A stretch of 64,000 nt of DNA from Octopus vulgaris (GCA_951406725.2 OX597837.1:1984001-2048000), one strand, 5' to 3'. Positions 26,873-40,778 are shown, numbered from the stretch's first letter. Numbers and translations: made by a program. The notes: generated by a model not told the origin, from the sequence alone.

Positions 26873-27307
26873 TTCTAAAAACAGAGGAAAGAATTCGTGA
26901 AAGAAGGAGTTAAATAAAAGAGATAAAGAAACGGAAGAACGGCAAGAAGATAAAAAAAAACAAAGTGAAAAACATCAAGATGCGCATCAACTGAGCAAAT
27001 ATGGCCGAACATTTGATGTTTGTTAGTAATTTAGAGGTTGTCAATTTCTGGTCTGACAGTAAGTATACAAAACCAAGATGGACACCAAATAAGATGGTTT
27101 AGTCAGTAAATACACATACACACTTAAGTGTGTGTGCGCGTGCGTGCATCTATTGTACCCCTCTCCCTGCACACATGTATGTATACTGAAGGACAAAATG
27201 GAACAGGAATATAAAAGAATAAGCAGGTCATATACTTCGCACATATGTATAAAGATATATATACATATATAATACTTAAATATTTTAAGTATTATATATA
27301 CGTATAT

Positions 27308-27673
27308 CTAGCACTGTGACCCGGCGTTGCCGGATCATAGTGCTAGTGCATGCATATATACAGCTGCGTGCGTGCGCACATACACGCGAGTACTGTCCAA
27401 ATTTCCAACCAATCACATTCAGCTAGCTGGCATTCAATTGGCGTATCAAGTTTCGGGCATTTTGATTGGGTTTTGGATAGAAAATTCACAAAAAAGTCAC
27501 TTCTATTGATTTTCTAATGGCTTTGCGGGGTGACTGGGGAAATTTAAATATGTGCACGACCACCCTTGGACGGTTTTGAATGACCATAGAAAGTGCGAGC
27601 CCTCTAACTGAAAAATTGTGGATTTGTATAAAGGACACGCACACAGACATTTTGCCGTTTATATATAGAGAGA
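27308..27673 (-). mobile_element. Non-autonomous Helitron
   Basis: Minus strand starts TCTCTCTATATATAAAC and ends with the hairpin TGATCCGGC-AAC-GCCGGGTCA followed by CAGTG-CTAG. Confidence 0.85.
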
Positions 27674-27694
27674 TATGTCTAGTTTATATATGTA

Positions 27695-28318
27695 CTAGCA
27701 GTATCGCCCGGCGTTGCTCGGGTTTGTAAGGGAAATAACTATATAAGCATTTTTAGAGAGTTATAGCCAAAAAATAGCAAAAAATGCATTAAAAATGGAA
27801 AAAATATGATGGTAAATTTTTTTAAAATCGTTGACTCATCGTAGACATTTTTAGAGAGTTACTTCCCTTATATAATAGCGAAAAAATACATTAAAATGGA
27901 AAAAAAACGATGGTAAATCGTAGACTCATGTAGACGCTTTCTTAGCCATTTCTGTTTTGGTGTCTTCAAGCCATGAAGTCGTTGTTCTAAAAGAACACTG
28001 GTCTCCTTGACAACGCATTACGACGTTGATTTCCTTACACTCCCTTCCCCACAGGTGCAGGTGTGAGCGTGGACGCCAACTCCGCCGCCATCGACACACG
28101 AAAAATTATGCATTAAAATGGAATAAAAAATGATTTTAAATTATTTTTAAAATCGTAGACTCATCGTAGACGCGCGCTAATATTCAGACGGGCTCGATAT
28201 GAATCACGACTATAAGCTACCCGAATTTGGTTAAACTGTACCGCAAAATGTGGGAGTAGTTAGGAATCTAAATCGAAGGGGACAGACACTCACACAACTA
28301 CAGTTTTATATATATAGA
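27695..28318 (-). mobile_element. Non-autonomous Helitron with internal ~90-100-bp repeats
   Basis: A|TCTATATATATAAAAC start, 3' hairpin CCCGAGC-AAC-GCCGGG then CGATACTG-CTAG|T (A|T target). The unit CATTAAAATGGAA..AAATCGTAGACTCATCGTAGAC occurs three times. Confidence 0.9.
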
Positions 28319-28324
28319 TATACA

Positions 28325-28700
28325 TAGCGCAGTAGTGGTGAGATATGACAGCAAAGAAAAGCATACATTCACTCTCTGCATGCAATTAGACTCGGAAAGT
28401 TCGTGAGGAACCCATTGACCCAATTTGCTGACTTTTCCGATAGCACACAGGTGTCAATGAATGGTTGAATGACCAAATCCAAGCTTCTCTGCTAGTTCCT
28501 CAACAGTTACGATGATATTTTGTTCCACCAGGGTTTTCAGGATGTCCTTGTCGAGTTCTACAGATCTTTCAGGATGAGGCTCGTCTTCTAGGCTGTAGTT
28601 TATGGCTCGGGATTTCTGGAACCACCATTGACACTGCCTTACGCTTATTGTCCAATCCCCATATACTGCATTAATATTTCTTGTACTTTGCACACATTTA
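28325..28700 (-). mobile_element. Mariner transposase internal fragment
   Basis: RNINAVYG..WWFQK..SLEDEPHPERSVELD..TVEELAEKLG..STIH*HL..GKVSKLGQWVPHEL, including the WVPHEL motif. Confidence 0.88.
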
Positions 28701-28928
28701 TATTCTGTTATTCTTTTATATGTTTCAGCCTTGAGGTTGTGGCCATGCTGGATCATGTGTGTGTGTGTGTGTGTGTGTGTCTATCTGTCTGTCTGTATGT
28801 ATGTATATATGTATATGTATGTGTGTGAACAATAATATTTTCAACAGATGTGTTGCAAATGTATCTGATTGTTCTCAAGCTTCAATACTGTGTGTGTGTG
28901 TGTATGTGTGTGTGTGTATGTATGTATG

Positions 28929-28960
<32 letters not shown>

Positions 28961-29012
28961 TGTATGTATGTGTGTATGTATGTATGTGTGTGTGTATGTA
29001 TGTGTGTGTGTA

Positions 29013-29045
<33 letters not shown>

Positions 29046-29528
29046 ATGTATGTATGTATGTATGTATGTATGTATGTATGTGTGTATGTATGTATGAGTG
29101 TATGTTTACTTTATTACTAATTACTCTCTTCCAAGAACATTTTCACTCACTCTTAGCTCTTAGCTTCCCATACATTTTACTCATGTATCTATCAGCGTCA
29201 TAGACAGAATACTTTCACTTTAGTCTTCCTCAAATCACTCTGTCGCTATTTACTTTCATTTTATTCGTTGCCCACTGTGTGTGTGCGTTTGCGTGTGGTG
29301 TAAACCAGACTAAGAAAAGCATTTGACACACACACCAGAATGTGAGTTTTCTGTAAATTTTGCTTAATTGGAGTTTAAATTTTAAAAACTGGACCTGGCA
29401 TGACGCGATGCATTGTACTCTTAAAAATGCTTGGTAAATTGTAATTGAAGAAATCCTATATTGTAGATTTGTATAACTCCCAAAGGGAGGCAGATAAAAT
29501 CTGCCTTTTATAACAAGAGATATATATA

Positions 29529-29705
29529 GGCGCAGGAGTGGCTGTGTGGTAAGTAGCTTGCTAACCAACCACATGGTTCCGGGTTCAGTCCCACTGCGTG
29601 GCATCTTGGGCAAGTGTCTTCTGCTATAGCCCCGGGCCGACCAATCCCTTGTGAGTGGATTTGGTAGACGGAAACTGAAAGAAGCCTGTCGTATATACGT
29701 ATATG

Positions 29706-29740
<35 letters not shown>

Positions 29741-29830
29741 ATGTGTTTGTGTGTCTGTGTTTGTCCCTCTAGCATTGCTTGACAACCGATGCTGGTGTGT
29801 TTACTTCCCCGTCACTTAGCGGTTCGGCAA
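29529..29830 (+). mobile_element. SINE family B, 3'-truncated
   Basis: Head GGCGCAGGAGTGGCTGTGTGG..GGTTCAGTCCC. Confidence 0.9.
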
Positions 29831-29880
29831 CAATATATACATATGTGTGTGTGTGTGTGTGTGTGTGTTTGTTTGTGTAT

Positions 29881-30326
29881 AAAGCAAATAAGTAACAAGG
29901 ATCTTCAGGTATCATTATATTACGCCCGTTTCAAGCGACACCATTTAATTGATCAATGAAGACATTACATCAGTTTGAAATAAACCGCTTTCATCGGATG
30001 CATACGACCATATAGAGTTCCAACAGTAAGGATACACCATTATAATTTTCTAGCAAGATTTTCATCAGTACTAGACATTAAAATACATTGCTTCTTTTCG
30101 CTATTATTGTAGCAATAACAGCAAAAATAAGCAATGTACGTATTTTTAGTCTCTAGCACTAATGAAAAATTTGCTTAAAAAATCATAACGGTGTATCCTT
30201 CTATGTTGGAAATATAGTTGTACGCATCCGAGGAGAGCCGTTTATTTCAAACTGATGTAATGTTTTCATTGATCGATTAACGGCCGTAATGCATTGATAG
30301 CTGAACATCCTTGTTATTTGCATTTT
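29881..30326. repeat. Aged ~450-bp palindrome centred at ~30111
   Basis: Arms pair throughout, e.g. CATTACATCAGTTTGAAATAAAC / GTTTATTTCAAACTGATGTAATG and AAGGATACACC / GGTGTATCCTT. Loop of a few nt. Confidence 0.85.
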
Positions 30327-30409
30327 ATTCACCTAACTTCAAGCTGTGCGGATAGTGCTGGACACACTTGGGGCCTCAATTTATGTACCTAATTCAACTG
30401 AAACTTAAT

Positions 30410-30485
<76 letters not shown>

Positions 30486-30894
30486 AAGCATAGTACCTAG
30501 ACACATTTATACATACATGCATACACACGAATAGTGGCGTATCTATGTATATTTGTACAAATATGTATACTTATATACAAGTACATACACAGACGGACAC
30601 TCACAGATTATACATACACAGAATATATGTATATATATACACACGCACACACAGACTGCCATGCAATAAGAGAAAGGGGCTTTCTTCCTTTTCCAATTAT
30701 GAAATACGTTTCTGAGCATAAAAAAGTACATCTTACAGACTTCGTTCAATTCATTATCACTTGAATAGTTATTGGCGCACTTGAGTTACATCCCCTTGCT
30801 CATTATATTTTGCGGTATGTTTACACAGACACATCAAAAATATATAATTATACCCATTTATACAGTCAGATATAATAAACATCAGTCTGTCTAC

Positions 30895-31038
<144 letters not shown>

Positions 31039-31069
31039 ATATGTATGTATATATATATATATATGTATA

Positions 31070-31110
<41 letters not shown>

Positions 31111-31800
31111 GTTTATATATATATGTTTATATATATATATATATGTATATATATGTTTATATATATATATATATGTATGTATATGTATATATATGTATGT
31201 ATGTGCTGTGCAAGGATTTAGAAGACGTTTCTCGTTTTCATTGCATCTTGTCGTTAGGTGGTAGTCAAGACGACATAAATATACGATAGAAAATTGTACA
31301 CACACACATGTATGTGAACATATAAGAGTATATGTTTGTGTATATGAGAATATACATACACACACACATGCATAAATGCAAGCAATACAGGAGACGGGCC
31401 ACAATGCCGTTAACATATTACACAAAGAGTAGATCTTAAATATATTTAACTTCGCCTTTTTTTTCTTCATAGAAATACTTCGAAGGCAAAGCCTCAATTT
31501 CAAGAGAGAACATATAATTATAAACCGGAAGTTAGTCTTTTCTAATGTTTACCAGATATATTTACTTACTCCAATATGGCCGTTGTCACGTGTGTTGTTG
31601 TGAAGTAGACTGACAATTAGCAAAAATATTCTCTAAATGCATTGATTATTAGGCTATTGTCTGTGATTTCAAACCTTTACATTTCTTTGTCATAGGAATA
31701 AGTGTTAACAATTGTTCAAATTCGCAGCTAAAATTAAAAAATTTTTGACAAACAGAAGAAATCATATTCCAACAAACCTCGAACATCGTGACACCAGCAC

Positions 31801-31852
31801 GCATGCGCGTACGCACGCATGCGCGTACGCACGCATGCGCGTACGCACGCAT
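31801..31852. repeat. 16-bp tandem repeat (GCATGCGCGTACGCAC) x3, strictly alternating purine-pyrimidine
   Basis: Directly visible. Confidence 0.9.
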
Positions 31853-31919
31853 ACAAACACATCCGTTTATTCAGTAAATTGGTGGGTAGATTCACTCGTA
31901 TTTCTTTTTTGGTGATGGA

Positions 31920-32120
31920 GGGAAACTGAGCATAATTCTCGGCCAGATCAGCGAGGTCGACGTTCCCCGAACTGTTGCTCGGTGTACCACATGTGAGGTA
32001 TCGTAGTGATCGAAGAGCGATGTGAGATGGAGTGTTTTGCTCAAGAACACAACGCAGAATCAGTCTAGGAATCGAAAACCACGAATCCAACACCGTAACC
32101 CCTAGGCCATGCATCTTCAT
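31920..32120 (-). mobile_element. SINE family C-related, degenerate
   Basis: Contains TTTGCTCAAGAACACAACGC..GGAATCGAA..CCTAGGCCATGCATCTTCA. Confidence 0.6.
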
Positions 32121-32214
32121 ATATATATATATATATATACACACACTCATGCTTTCATTGTTTATCCCATATGTTCTAGTACAGATCTCTCTCTCTCTCA
32201 TATATATATATACG

Positions 32215-32377
32215 TGCAGGAGTGTCTGTGTGGTAAGTAGCTTGCTTACTAACCATATGTTTCTGTGTTCAGTCCCACCGCGTGGCAAATTGGGCAGGTG
32301 TCTTCTTCTATAGCCTCGGGCCGACCAAAGCCTTGCGAGTGGATTTGGTAGGCAGAAACTGAAAGAAGCCTGTCGTG

Positions 32378-32408
<31 letters not shown>

Positions 32409-32605
32409 TTATTTATGGTGGGCGATGTTTGTATGTTTGTTTCCCCACCATCGCTTGACAACCGATTGTTGGCGTGTTTATATCCCCATAAATTAGCGGT
32501 TCAGCAAACGATACTGATAGAAGTGCTAGGCTTAGAAAGAATAAGTCCTGGGATCGATTTGGTCGACTAAATGCGGTACTCCAGCAATGCCGCAGTCAAA
32601 TAAGA
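32215..32605 (+). mobile_element. SINE family B
   Basis: Same architecture as the other B copies. Confidence 0.88.
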
Positions 32606-32704
32606 AATAAAAAAAAAATATGTGTGTATATATATATATATGTATATTATATATGTATATATATAATATATATATGTATATGTATGTATATATATATGCA
32701 TATG

Positions 32705-32771
<67 letters not shown>

Positions 32772-33353
32772 ATATACATGGTTAAGTGTATATTTACACA
32801 AACGCATATACGTACATAACCATTTACTTGTATATATTTGCTCATATATATTTACATACACACGTAAATGCTTACATAGCCAAATATGTAGATCATATAT
32901 ATATATGAATACCCAAACCCCCACACACCAGCGATGACGTGCAATCGACAGTTTTTCCCTCCCAAAATACTTGGCCTGTGTTTCTATTAGAAATCTTTAT
33001 TCTTCTCGTAAAATAAAATAAAAAAAGTTTAAGATTAATTAATCACAGAAATTGCTAATGTTAAGTCAAGCTCTAAATATCACAAATCGTGTCCAACGAA
33101 GAACAAGCAGCAGACATATCAAATGAAATCATTTAAGGATTAACCAAAAAAGAACTAAAATAAATAGTATAAGCTAGAAAGCAATAAGCTAACAACTGTA
33201 TGAGAAAGCGCTGACAGATTCTTGTCGATTTGGTAAGGAGAAAGGAGGGAGAATAGAGAGAGAGAGAAAAGAGAGTGAATAGTGAGTGAAAAGAGTTAGC
33301 TGTTTTGGATTTGTGAGAGCTTTAGCTTATGAGTTTTAAATGGAATAGTCGTA

Positions 33354-33392
<39 letters not shown>

Positions 33393-33497
33393 TATCTATA
33401 TATAAGATATACAAAGACACGCACTTGATTTGAATTATGCGTATGTATATATGTACACACATATATATATACATACATACATACATGCACACACATA

Positions 33498-33579
<82 letters not shown>

Positions 33580-33627
33580 CATATATGCACACATATACAT
33601 AATTGCACACATATATACATATATATA

Positions 33628-33677
<50 letters not shown>

Positions 33678-33712
33678 TATATCTACACACACACATATAC
33701 ATATATGCATGC

Positions 33713-33747
<35 letters not shown>

Positions 33748-34146
33748 AACACAGATACCCACGTACCCATAGTCACACATAGACATACACACATACACAC
33801 AGACATACACATGCATACATATATATATACATATATACATACATACATATGTATACATATATATGATTTTGATAACTTTGATAGGTCTCGGCCAATATAG
33901 GCCCAGGGCATGTCTAACTCAATAGCAGAACCTGATGAATTTTTTAGTCATATATGGAGCACCATGTCCCACTCTAGCAAAGAGTTATTATTGTTGGAGA
34001 CATATCCGGGTGTAGGAGGTTGGTCCATCATTTTTTGAAGAAATTTGGCCAGTGAACTTTCGAATTTTATGGGGTCCGTTTCCGATTTGACATATTTTGG
34101 TAGGATTCATACATATACATATATGTATACATACATACACACACAC

Positions 34147-34177
<31 letters not shown>

Positions 34178-34204
34178 CATCTACATCAACTTTTCTTCTC
34201 TAGT

Positions 34205-34395
34205 CACAAGGCCGAAATTTTGGTGGCAGGAGGGGGGGTCGCCATTCGATTAGATCGGTACTTAATTTAACGACCCCGGAAGGATAAAAGGCAAAGTCGA
34301 CCTCGGTGGAATTTGAACTCAGAACGTAAAGACAGACGAAATACCACTAAGCATTTCGCAGGGCGTGCTAGCATTTCTGCCAGCTCGCCGCCTTC
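34205..34395 (-). mobile_element. SINE family A, short form
   Basis: Contains AAAGGCAAAGTCGACCTCGGTGGAATTTGAACTCAGAACG..GCCAGCTCGCCGCC. Confidence 0.88.
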
Positions 34396-34456
34396 AAAAA
34401 TATATATATGTGTGTTTGTGTGTGTGTGTGCGCGCGTGCTCGTGTGTGTATATATA

Positions 34457-34512
<56 letters not shown>

Positions 34513-34704
34513 CTATATATATATATATATATATACATATAGATACATATATAAATACATATATATGTACATATATACATACATATATACATATATATGC
34601 ATACATACATATATATATACATACATACATATATATACATACATATACATACAGATATCTATACATATATATACACATATATACATACATATATACATAC
34701 ATAT

Positions 34705-34795
<91 letters not shown>

Positions 34796-34927
34796 CATAC
34801 ATATATATATATACATATATACATATATATATACATACATATATACACATATATATATACATACATACATAAATACATACATGCATACATACATATATAC
34901 ATACATACATACATATACATATACATA

Positions 34928-36407
34928 TTAGGTTGTCAAGAAAGTTCTTGCGGAATTTTTAATTTTGGTTTTAAATCATGTATTTTCAAATTAATTTTCA
35001 TTAAATTACTTTGACTTTATATATCATTTTAAAGCCCGTTTTTCACTCTTTCTAATCGTGTTACTCTTTTTCTTTTTGAATAATTAGGCCATTTTTCCGG
35101 AACGTTGAATACAACATAGACAAAAAGCAAGTTCACACAATTTTCTTATTCCAGTTCAAGGTTGGCCGAAAAGCTGCTGAAAAAGCTTGCAGTATCAACG
35201 ATGCGTTTGGCCCAGGAACCACTATGGTGGTGAAAGAAATTTTGTAGCGGTGCCGAGAGTCTTGAAGATGATAAGCGTAGTGGTCAGCCATCGGATGTTG
35301 ACAATGATCAACTAAGAGCCTTAGTGGAAGCCAATTCACGCACAACTATTCTCGAGCTTGCTTCTGAATTAGACGTAACAACTTAGAAAATACTTGAAAA
35401 ATGGGTGCCGCACAAATTCAACGACAACAAAAAAAAAGAAAGAAAAAGTAAAAACGCCATTTTGAAGTGTCGTCTTCTCTTCTTTTACTCAGTAAGAACG
35501 ACCCGTTTCTCGACTGGATTGTGACTGCGATCAAAAGTGGATTCTTTACGACAACCGACGACGCTCAGCTCAGTGGTTATACGCCGACGAAACTCCACGG
35601 CATTTCCCGAAGCCAAAGTTGCACCAAAAGAAGGTCATGGTGACTGTTTGGTGGTCTGCGAATATATGACTAAAAAACTTCATCAGGTGCTGCTATTGAG
35701 TTAGACATGCCTTGGGCCTATATTGGCCGAGACCTATCAAGGTTATCAGAATCATATATACGTATACATATGCATGTATGTATATATGTATGTATATATG
35801 TATGCATGTGTATGTATGTGTGTATGTGTGTATGTCTACGTGTGACTATGGGCACGTGGGTATCTGTGTTTGTGCGTGTGTGTGTGTGTGTATATATAAT
35901 GGCGCGAATGGCGCCCCCCGCCACCAAAATGGATCCAGGCGAAACCATTACAGCGGAGAAGTACTGTCAGCAAATGGATGAAATGCATAAGAAACTCTGA
36001 CAACTACAGCCAGCATTGGTCAATAGAAAAGGACCAATTCTTCACCACGACAACACTCGGTTGCACGTCGTCGCACAACTGACCCTGCAGAAGTTGAACG
36101 AATTGAGTTACGAAACTCTTCCTCATCCGCCATACTTACCAGACTATCACTTTTTCAAGCATCTCGACAACTTCCTGCGTGAGAAATGCTTCAAAAACCA
36201 AGACGATGCCAAATACGCCTTCAACGACTTCATCGCTACCAAAACCCAGGATTTTTACGCTACAGGTATAAAAAAAAATTGTTTCTCGTTGGCAAACGTG
36301 TGTTGATCTGTTGGTATTTATTTCGATTAATAAAGTTTTGATTGAGCCGAGATATGTGCATCGGAATTTAAAGGTTAAAAACCGGAAGAATTTTCTTGAC
36401 AACCTAA
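34928..36407 (+). mobile_element. Full-length defective mariner (Hsmar1/cecropia-like), interrupted by a ~270-bp insertion
   Basis: TA|TTAGGTTGTCAAGAAAGTTCTT ... AAGAATTTTCTTGACAACCTAA|TA. Transposase remnants include KWVPHKF, WILYDN, PKLHQKKVMVTVWWSA, PGETITAEKY, ILHHDN and HPPY..DYHFF, with many frameshifts. Confidence 0.93.
35662..35930 (-). repeat. Inverted copy of nearby flanking DNA (~33735-33955, then ~34217-34249) inside the mariner transposase
   Basis: ORFs 33435..33911(-) and 35707..36000(+) both begin [37 protein letters not shown] matches the reverse complement of ~34217-34249. Confidence 0.9.
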
Positions 36408-36509
36408 TACACAAGTATATATACATACATATACATTACATACATATGCACACATATATTTATACACATGCAAACTTGATATGTATTATACACACAAACT
36501 TGATATACG

Positions 36510-36546
<37 letters not shown>

Positions 36547-36893
36547 TATATATACTCCTTTGTAGGTAATATATCATGCATATGTTCATGTTTGTATGTG
36601 GAATTGTAATTTGTGGATGTATGTGTATATATGCTTAAATGCGCGTATACTGATCGATTGAATTGCAGATGGATATATACATAACTCTTGTAGCTAACTG
36701 GTTTATAGTACGCATGCGTATGTGTGTGTGTCCCCTGTAACTATTAAAGGTAGTAGACGAGTGCCAAGCTGAAGTATCACATTGACTGGCTTTTGTCATC
36801 GAAATATTTGTCGTCACCCGAAATGACAAAGTCCGTTTTTAAACCTTAAAGGAAACTAGCGCATACGCAGACACACACACTAGAGGTGAATAG

Positions 36894-36934
<41 letters not shown>

Positions 36935-37831
36935 GCACATGTTATCATAAAGACAGCTTTGCAGAAACAGCTGTAAACACATGAAGTTGATTACGTGATC
37001 CCTGCTCTTTCGTCATTCATTCATTAATACTTCGCTCTCTACTCTTCTGACACTTTGCTCTAAATCTTAAGTATATTAATTTCTAACAATTAAACATCAC
37101 TGTCGCTATGTTTAAACCTATCGTAATGTTTTTGCGTGTGCGTGTGTCTACACGTACACACAGCAGATATATATATATTTACGCTGTGACAGGAGCATTG
37201 TCTATTGTCACAAAACTATCAGAGACAGTGATTTCACTTAAGACGTCCATTAGTTTCTTAGCATGTCAAATAACAACGTAGGGATTTCACCATCGAAATC
37301 CTTGCTCAAGCACGTACGCATGCTCATGTAGAAACACTCAAGTTTCTCACACGTGTGGGAATATATATATATATATTTGTGTAAAACGAGAATTAATGAT
37401 TTAAATTTAATAAAATACGACACATGACATGTCGAATGAAACGTGACAAATTCGTATTAAAATATGGCGGTCATGTAAATGTAGATTAAACTAACGTGGT
37501 TGACTTAAAACATAAATGGATTTAACAGAAGATTCACGTCACTGCCTCACCATCCGTAAAAGTTTTTTCAAAAATGTTAATTGGATAATACACCTCATTT
37601 AAAAGTACTATTTTAATGAGATCAAAGGAGGTTTGAAAAAAAAAGTTGTACGCTTGTGTGTGGGAATAATTTTATACAAACATGAATATATGCATATACA
37701 TGCGTGCACGAATGCGCACACACACAAACAGATGTAGCCATATATGCAGATGGACTATCTATATCTCCTATAATAATAAAGACAAATCATATGACCATAC
37801 ATACATATATATATATGTGTGTGTGTGTGTG

Positions 37832-37871
<40 letters not shown>

Positions 37872-38097
37872 CATTCACACATATGTACATATATATATAA
37901 GCTATCTGACCATACATATACAATTATATACTCGTAGATTATATGACCAAATATATAGGCACATATATCTACCTATATATAAGCATATGTACATATATCC
38001 GTGGCTATATACACATTGATATACTCAGACATACGCATCTGTCTACGCTCATAGACACGTATAGCATATCCGCACGCTCGCGCATACTCATACATAC

Positions 38098-38135
<38 letters not shown>

Positions 38136-38479
38136 CAGTGTATGCAGAAATTAACGTGTTGTGGCCAAAAGCAATTCTGTCGAATTGACAGAATCAATGT
38201 TGCCCATGTTGAAAACACGTTTCGACTGATTTGGCACCAGAATCTTCACTTGGCTGCTCTCAGAATACAAATTCCAGAAGAGGGGTGGCGTACTGTATCT
38301 CCTGCAACTCTCAATTTCATCAAACTGCCGCCCTAGATTGTTACTCTTATATCGACCTCGAAAGCTTGAAAGATAAAGGTGATTACAACGAGACATGAAC
38401 TTTGGATCGTTCAATAAAACAAACTGCGGAGAGACTTCATCAGAGATGCTACAAAATCTTGGGGAATAATTATGTAAAT

Positions 38480-39265
38480 TTTATATTGGTTTGTTCGTTT
38501 TAGGATGGGTGAAGCTACATTGGGTTTGTCGGGGTAAGATTTATCGATTTCATATTTATATTTTAGGTTCGGAGGTTAAAGATTTAAAAATGAAAGGAAT
38601 ATCAATAAGAATTTTTTGCCTGGGTAGAATATGAAAGTGGACGTAGTCCTTGCAGACACACAAGCATATTCTAGCAGTGCTGCATACTAGAAGCTTCGGA
38701 TACTAACAACGTTACATTCTGACAGCCTTGGACAACAGGCTAACAACGAACAACCGTGGATGCAAACAACCTTACATACTAACAGCATCGTAGATCCACT
38801 TACATGTGTATTTGTGGATCGAGTGTCCTTATTGATACCTATTTTCATGGCTTTAGGTGACAGAGAGATTGTTATGAGATGTCCTGCACTCTGTGTCGTC
38901 ATCATTAGGTAATTTGAAGACTTATTGGCCATAGCTTTTCAATATGTCCCATGAGATTGGTCTACCTTATTAGCTATGATTTTGGTCGTTCATCTTGAAC
39001 TTCGTAAGACAGACTAACAATCAAAAGAGAAACGCAGATCATCCTTTATTTAGACAATGTATATCTAGAATGACATTACTTGACATATTTTAGCGTGAAC
39101 TTCATTTTCTAGTGGATAGGGCGATGTGAGAATACGATGTGAGCAAACATTGGCTGTAATTGATAGCAGCTCAATCGAACATGACGTTATATAGCTCTTC
39201 TGTATTTGAAGAACAAGACAGACAAACAATCTGACAGATAGATAGAAATAGATAAAGATAGGTAC

Positions 39266-39298
<33 letters not shown>

Positions 39299-39469
39299 CA
39301 GACAGAGATATACAGATAGATAGATAAAAATTGATAAAGATAGATAGTTAGTTAGATAGATAGATAGAGACAGATAGATAGACAAGCAGACATATAGACA
39401 TATAGATAGACAGACAGATAGGCAGACATAGATAGATTGATATAAATATATAGATAGATAGATTGATAG

Positions 39470-39567
<98 letters not shown>

Positions 39568-39628
39568 ATCTTACCCCGACAAACCCAAAGTAGCTTCACA
39601 CATTCTAAAACGAATAAACCAATATAAA
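38480..39628. repeat. 66-bp inverted repeat pair (38480-38545 / 39563-39628)
   Basis: TTTATATTGGTTTGTTCGTTTTAGGATGGGTGAAGCTACATTGGGTTTGTCGGGGTAAGATTTATC versus its reverse complement, with about 4 mismatches. Confidence 0.88.
39235..39565. repeat. (GATA)n/(GACA)n compound microsatellite
   Basis: Directly visible. Confidence 0.95.
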
Positions 39629-40778
39629 GAGAGATACATACATACAGACATTATATATCAAAGGTAAGACGAGAACGGAAGTTTAAAATTCTTCAGGTGA
39701 TATAATTCCACGTTCGAACATTGGAATTAAAATTATTGAAGTGAGATTGTGAAAGGCTGAATTGACAACATATACGCCGGTGTATCATATAGCTACGTTA
39801 GTTATGTGACATTTATGGTTATATATATGAAATATACTATGTAATTATATGATATAATTATACAACTATATTTTAACGAAACGATATAATATAATACATT
39901 TTTAAATAATATGGGGAAAAGCAACACGAAAATATAAGTTGTTTTTCTAATAACAGCAAGTATGATATTTTAGTATAATAATATTAATTGTGAAATCCTA
40001 GTGAGCTTCATTTTCACACTACGTTGCATTCTGCTGTCAGTATAGAGAGACACCTACAGTTATTTATCAGTTGTTATTCTTAAAAATGCTTAAACAATGA
40101 CATTAAATATAATTATATATGAACTGAGATCAAATTATATATATATTAACTATAAAAGAGTAATTATGATATTACTTGAGCAAATCTGAAATTTTAAAAT
40201 ATAAAATTTCATGAACATTTCAAAGAATTTATACAAATTGTGGCTGTCGTTTCCGTTTGTGATTATCCAGGTGTGGGCTGAAGCTAAACAGGTATATATG
40301 ACTTACAGTGTGCTCACAGCCAATCACGAATCGTCTTTTTCTATAACTCTATATCTGGATAAAACAATACGTGATGCTATTTGTGAACAGAGGTAAAAAT
40401 CTACTGAACCAGAAGCTGTTGGCGAAAGAAATTCAGCGACCATCATAACTACGTAGGGTTGCTTAAATTATAATGTGCGTGCGTGTGCGTGTGTATGAAC
40501 ACAACTATATATATATAATGCGCGTCTGTACGCTCATAAACAAAATGTACATATACTTGTATATACGAAAGTATTTGTTTATATGCGTATATATATCCAA
40601 GTATACATCCTAGAATTCATTCTGAATTATTTTCTAAGCATGAAACTTAATCTCCTTAAGTAATAATAATTATGTTGTATATTATATTACCACATGTCTA
40701 CACACTATTTTATTAGTGTAACCACTCACAAATCATTACAATGTGTGTGCACACACACATACTATATATATATATTTA

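Noticed and set aside
38210-38320. Two hammerhead-like traces (GTGAAGA..GAAACGTGTT on minus; CAGAAGA..GCAA on plus)
   Set aside because: Core nucleotides altered and stem I unsupported; at most decayed relics.
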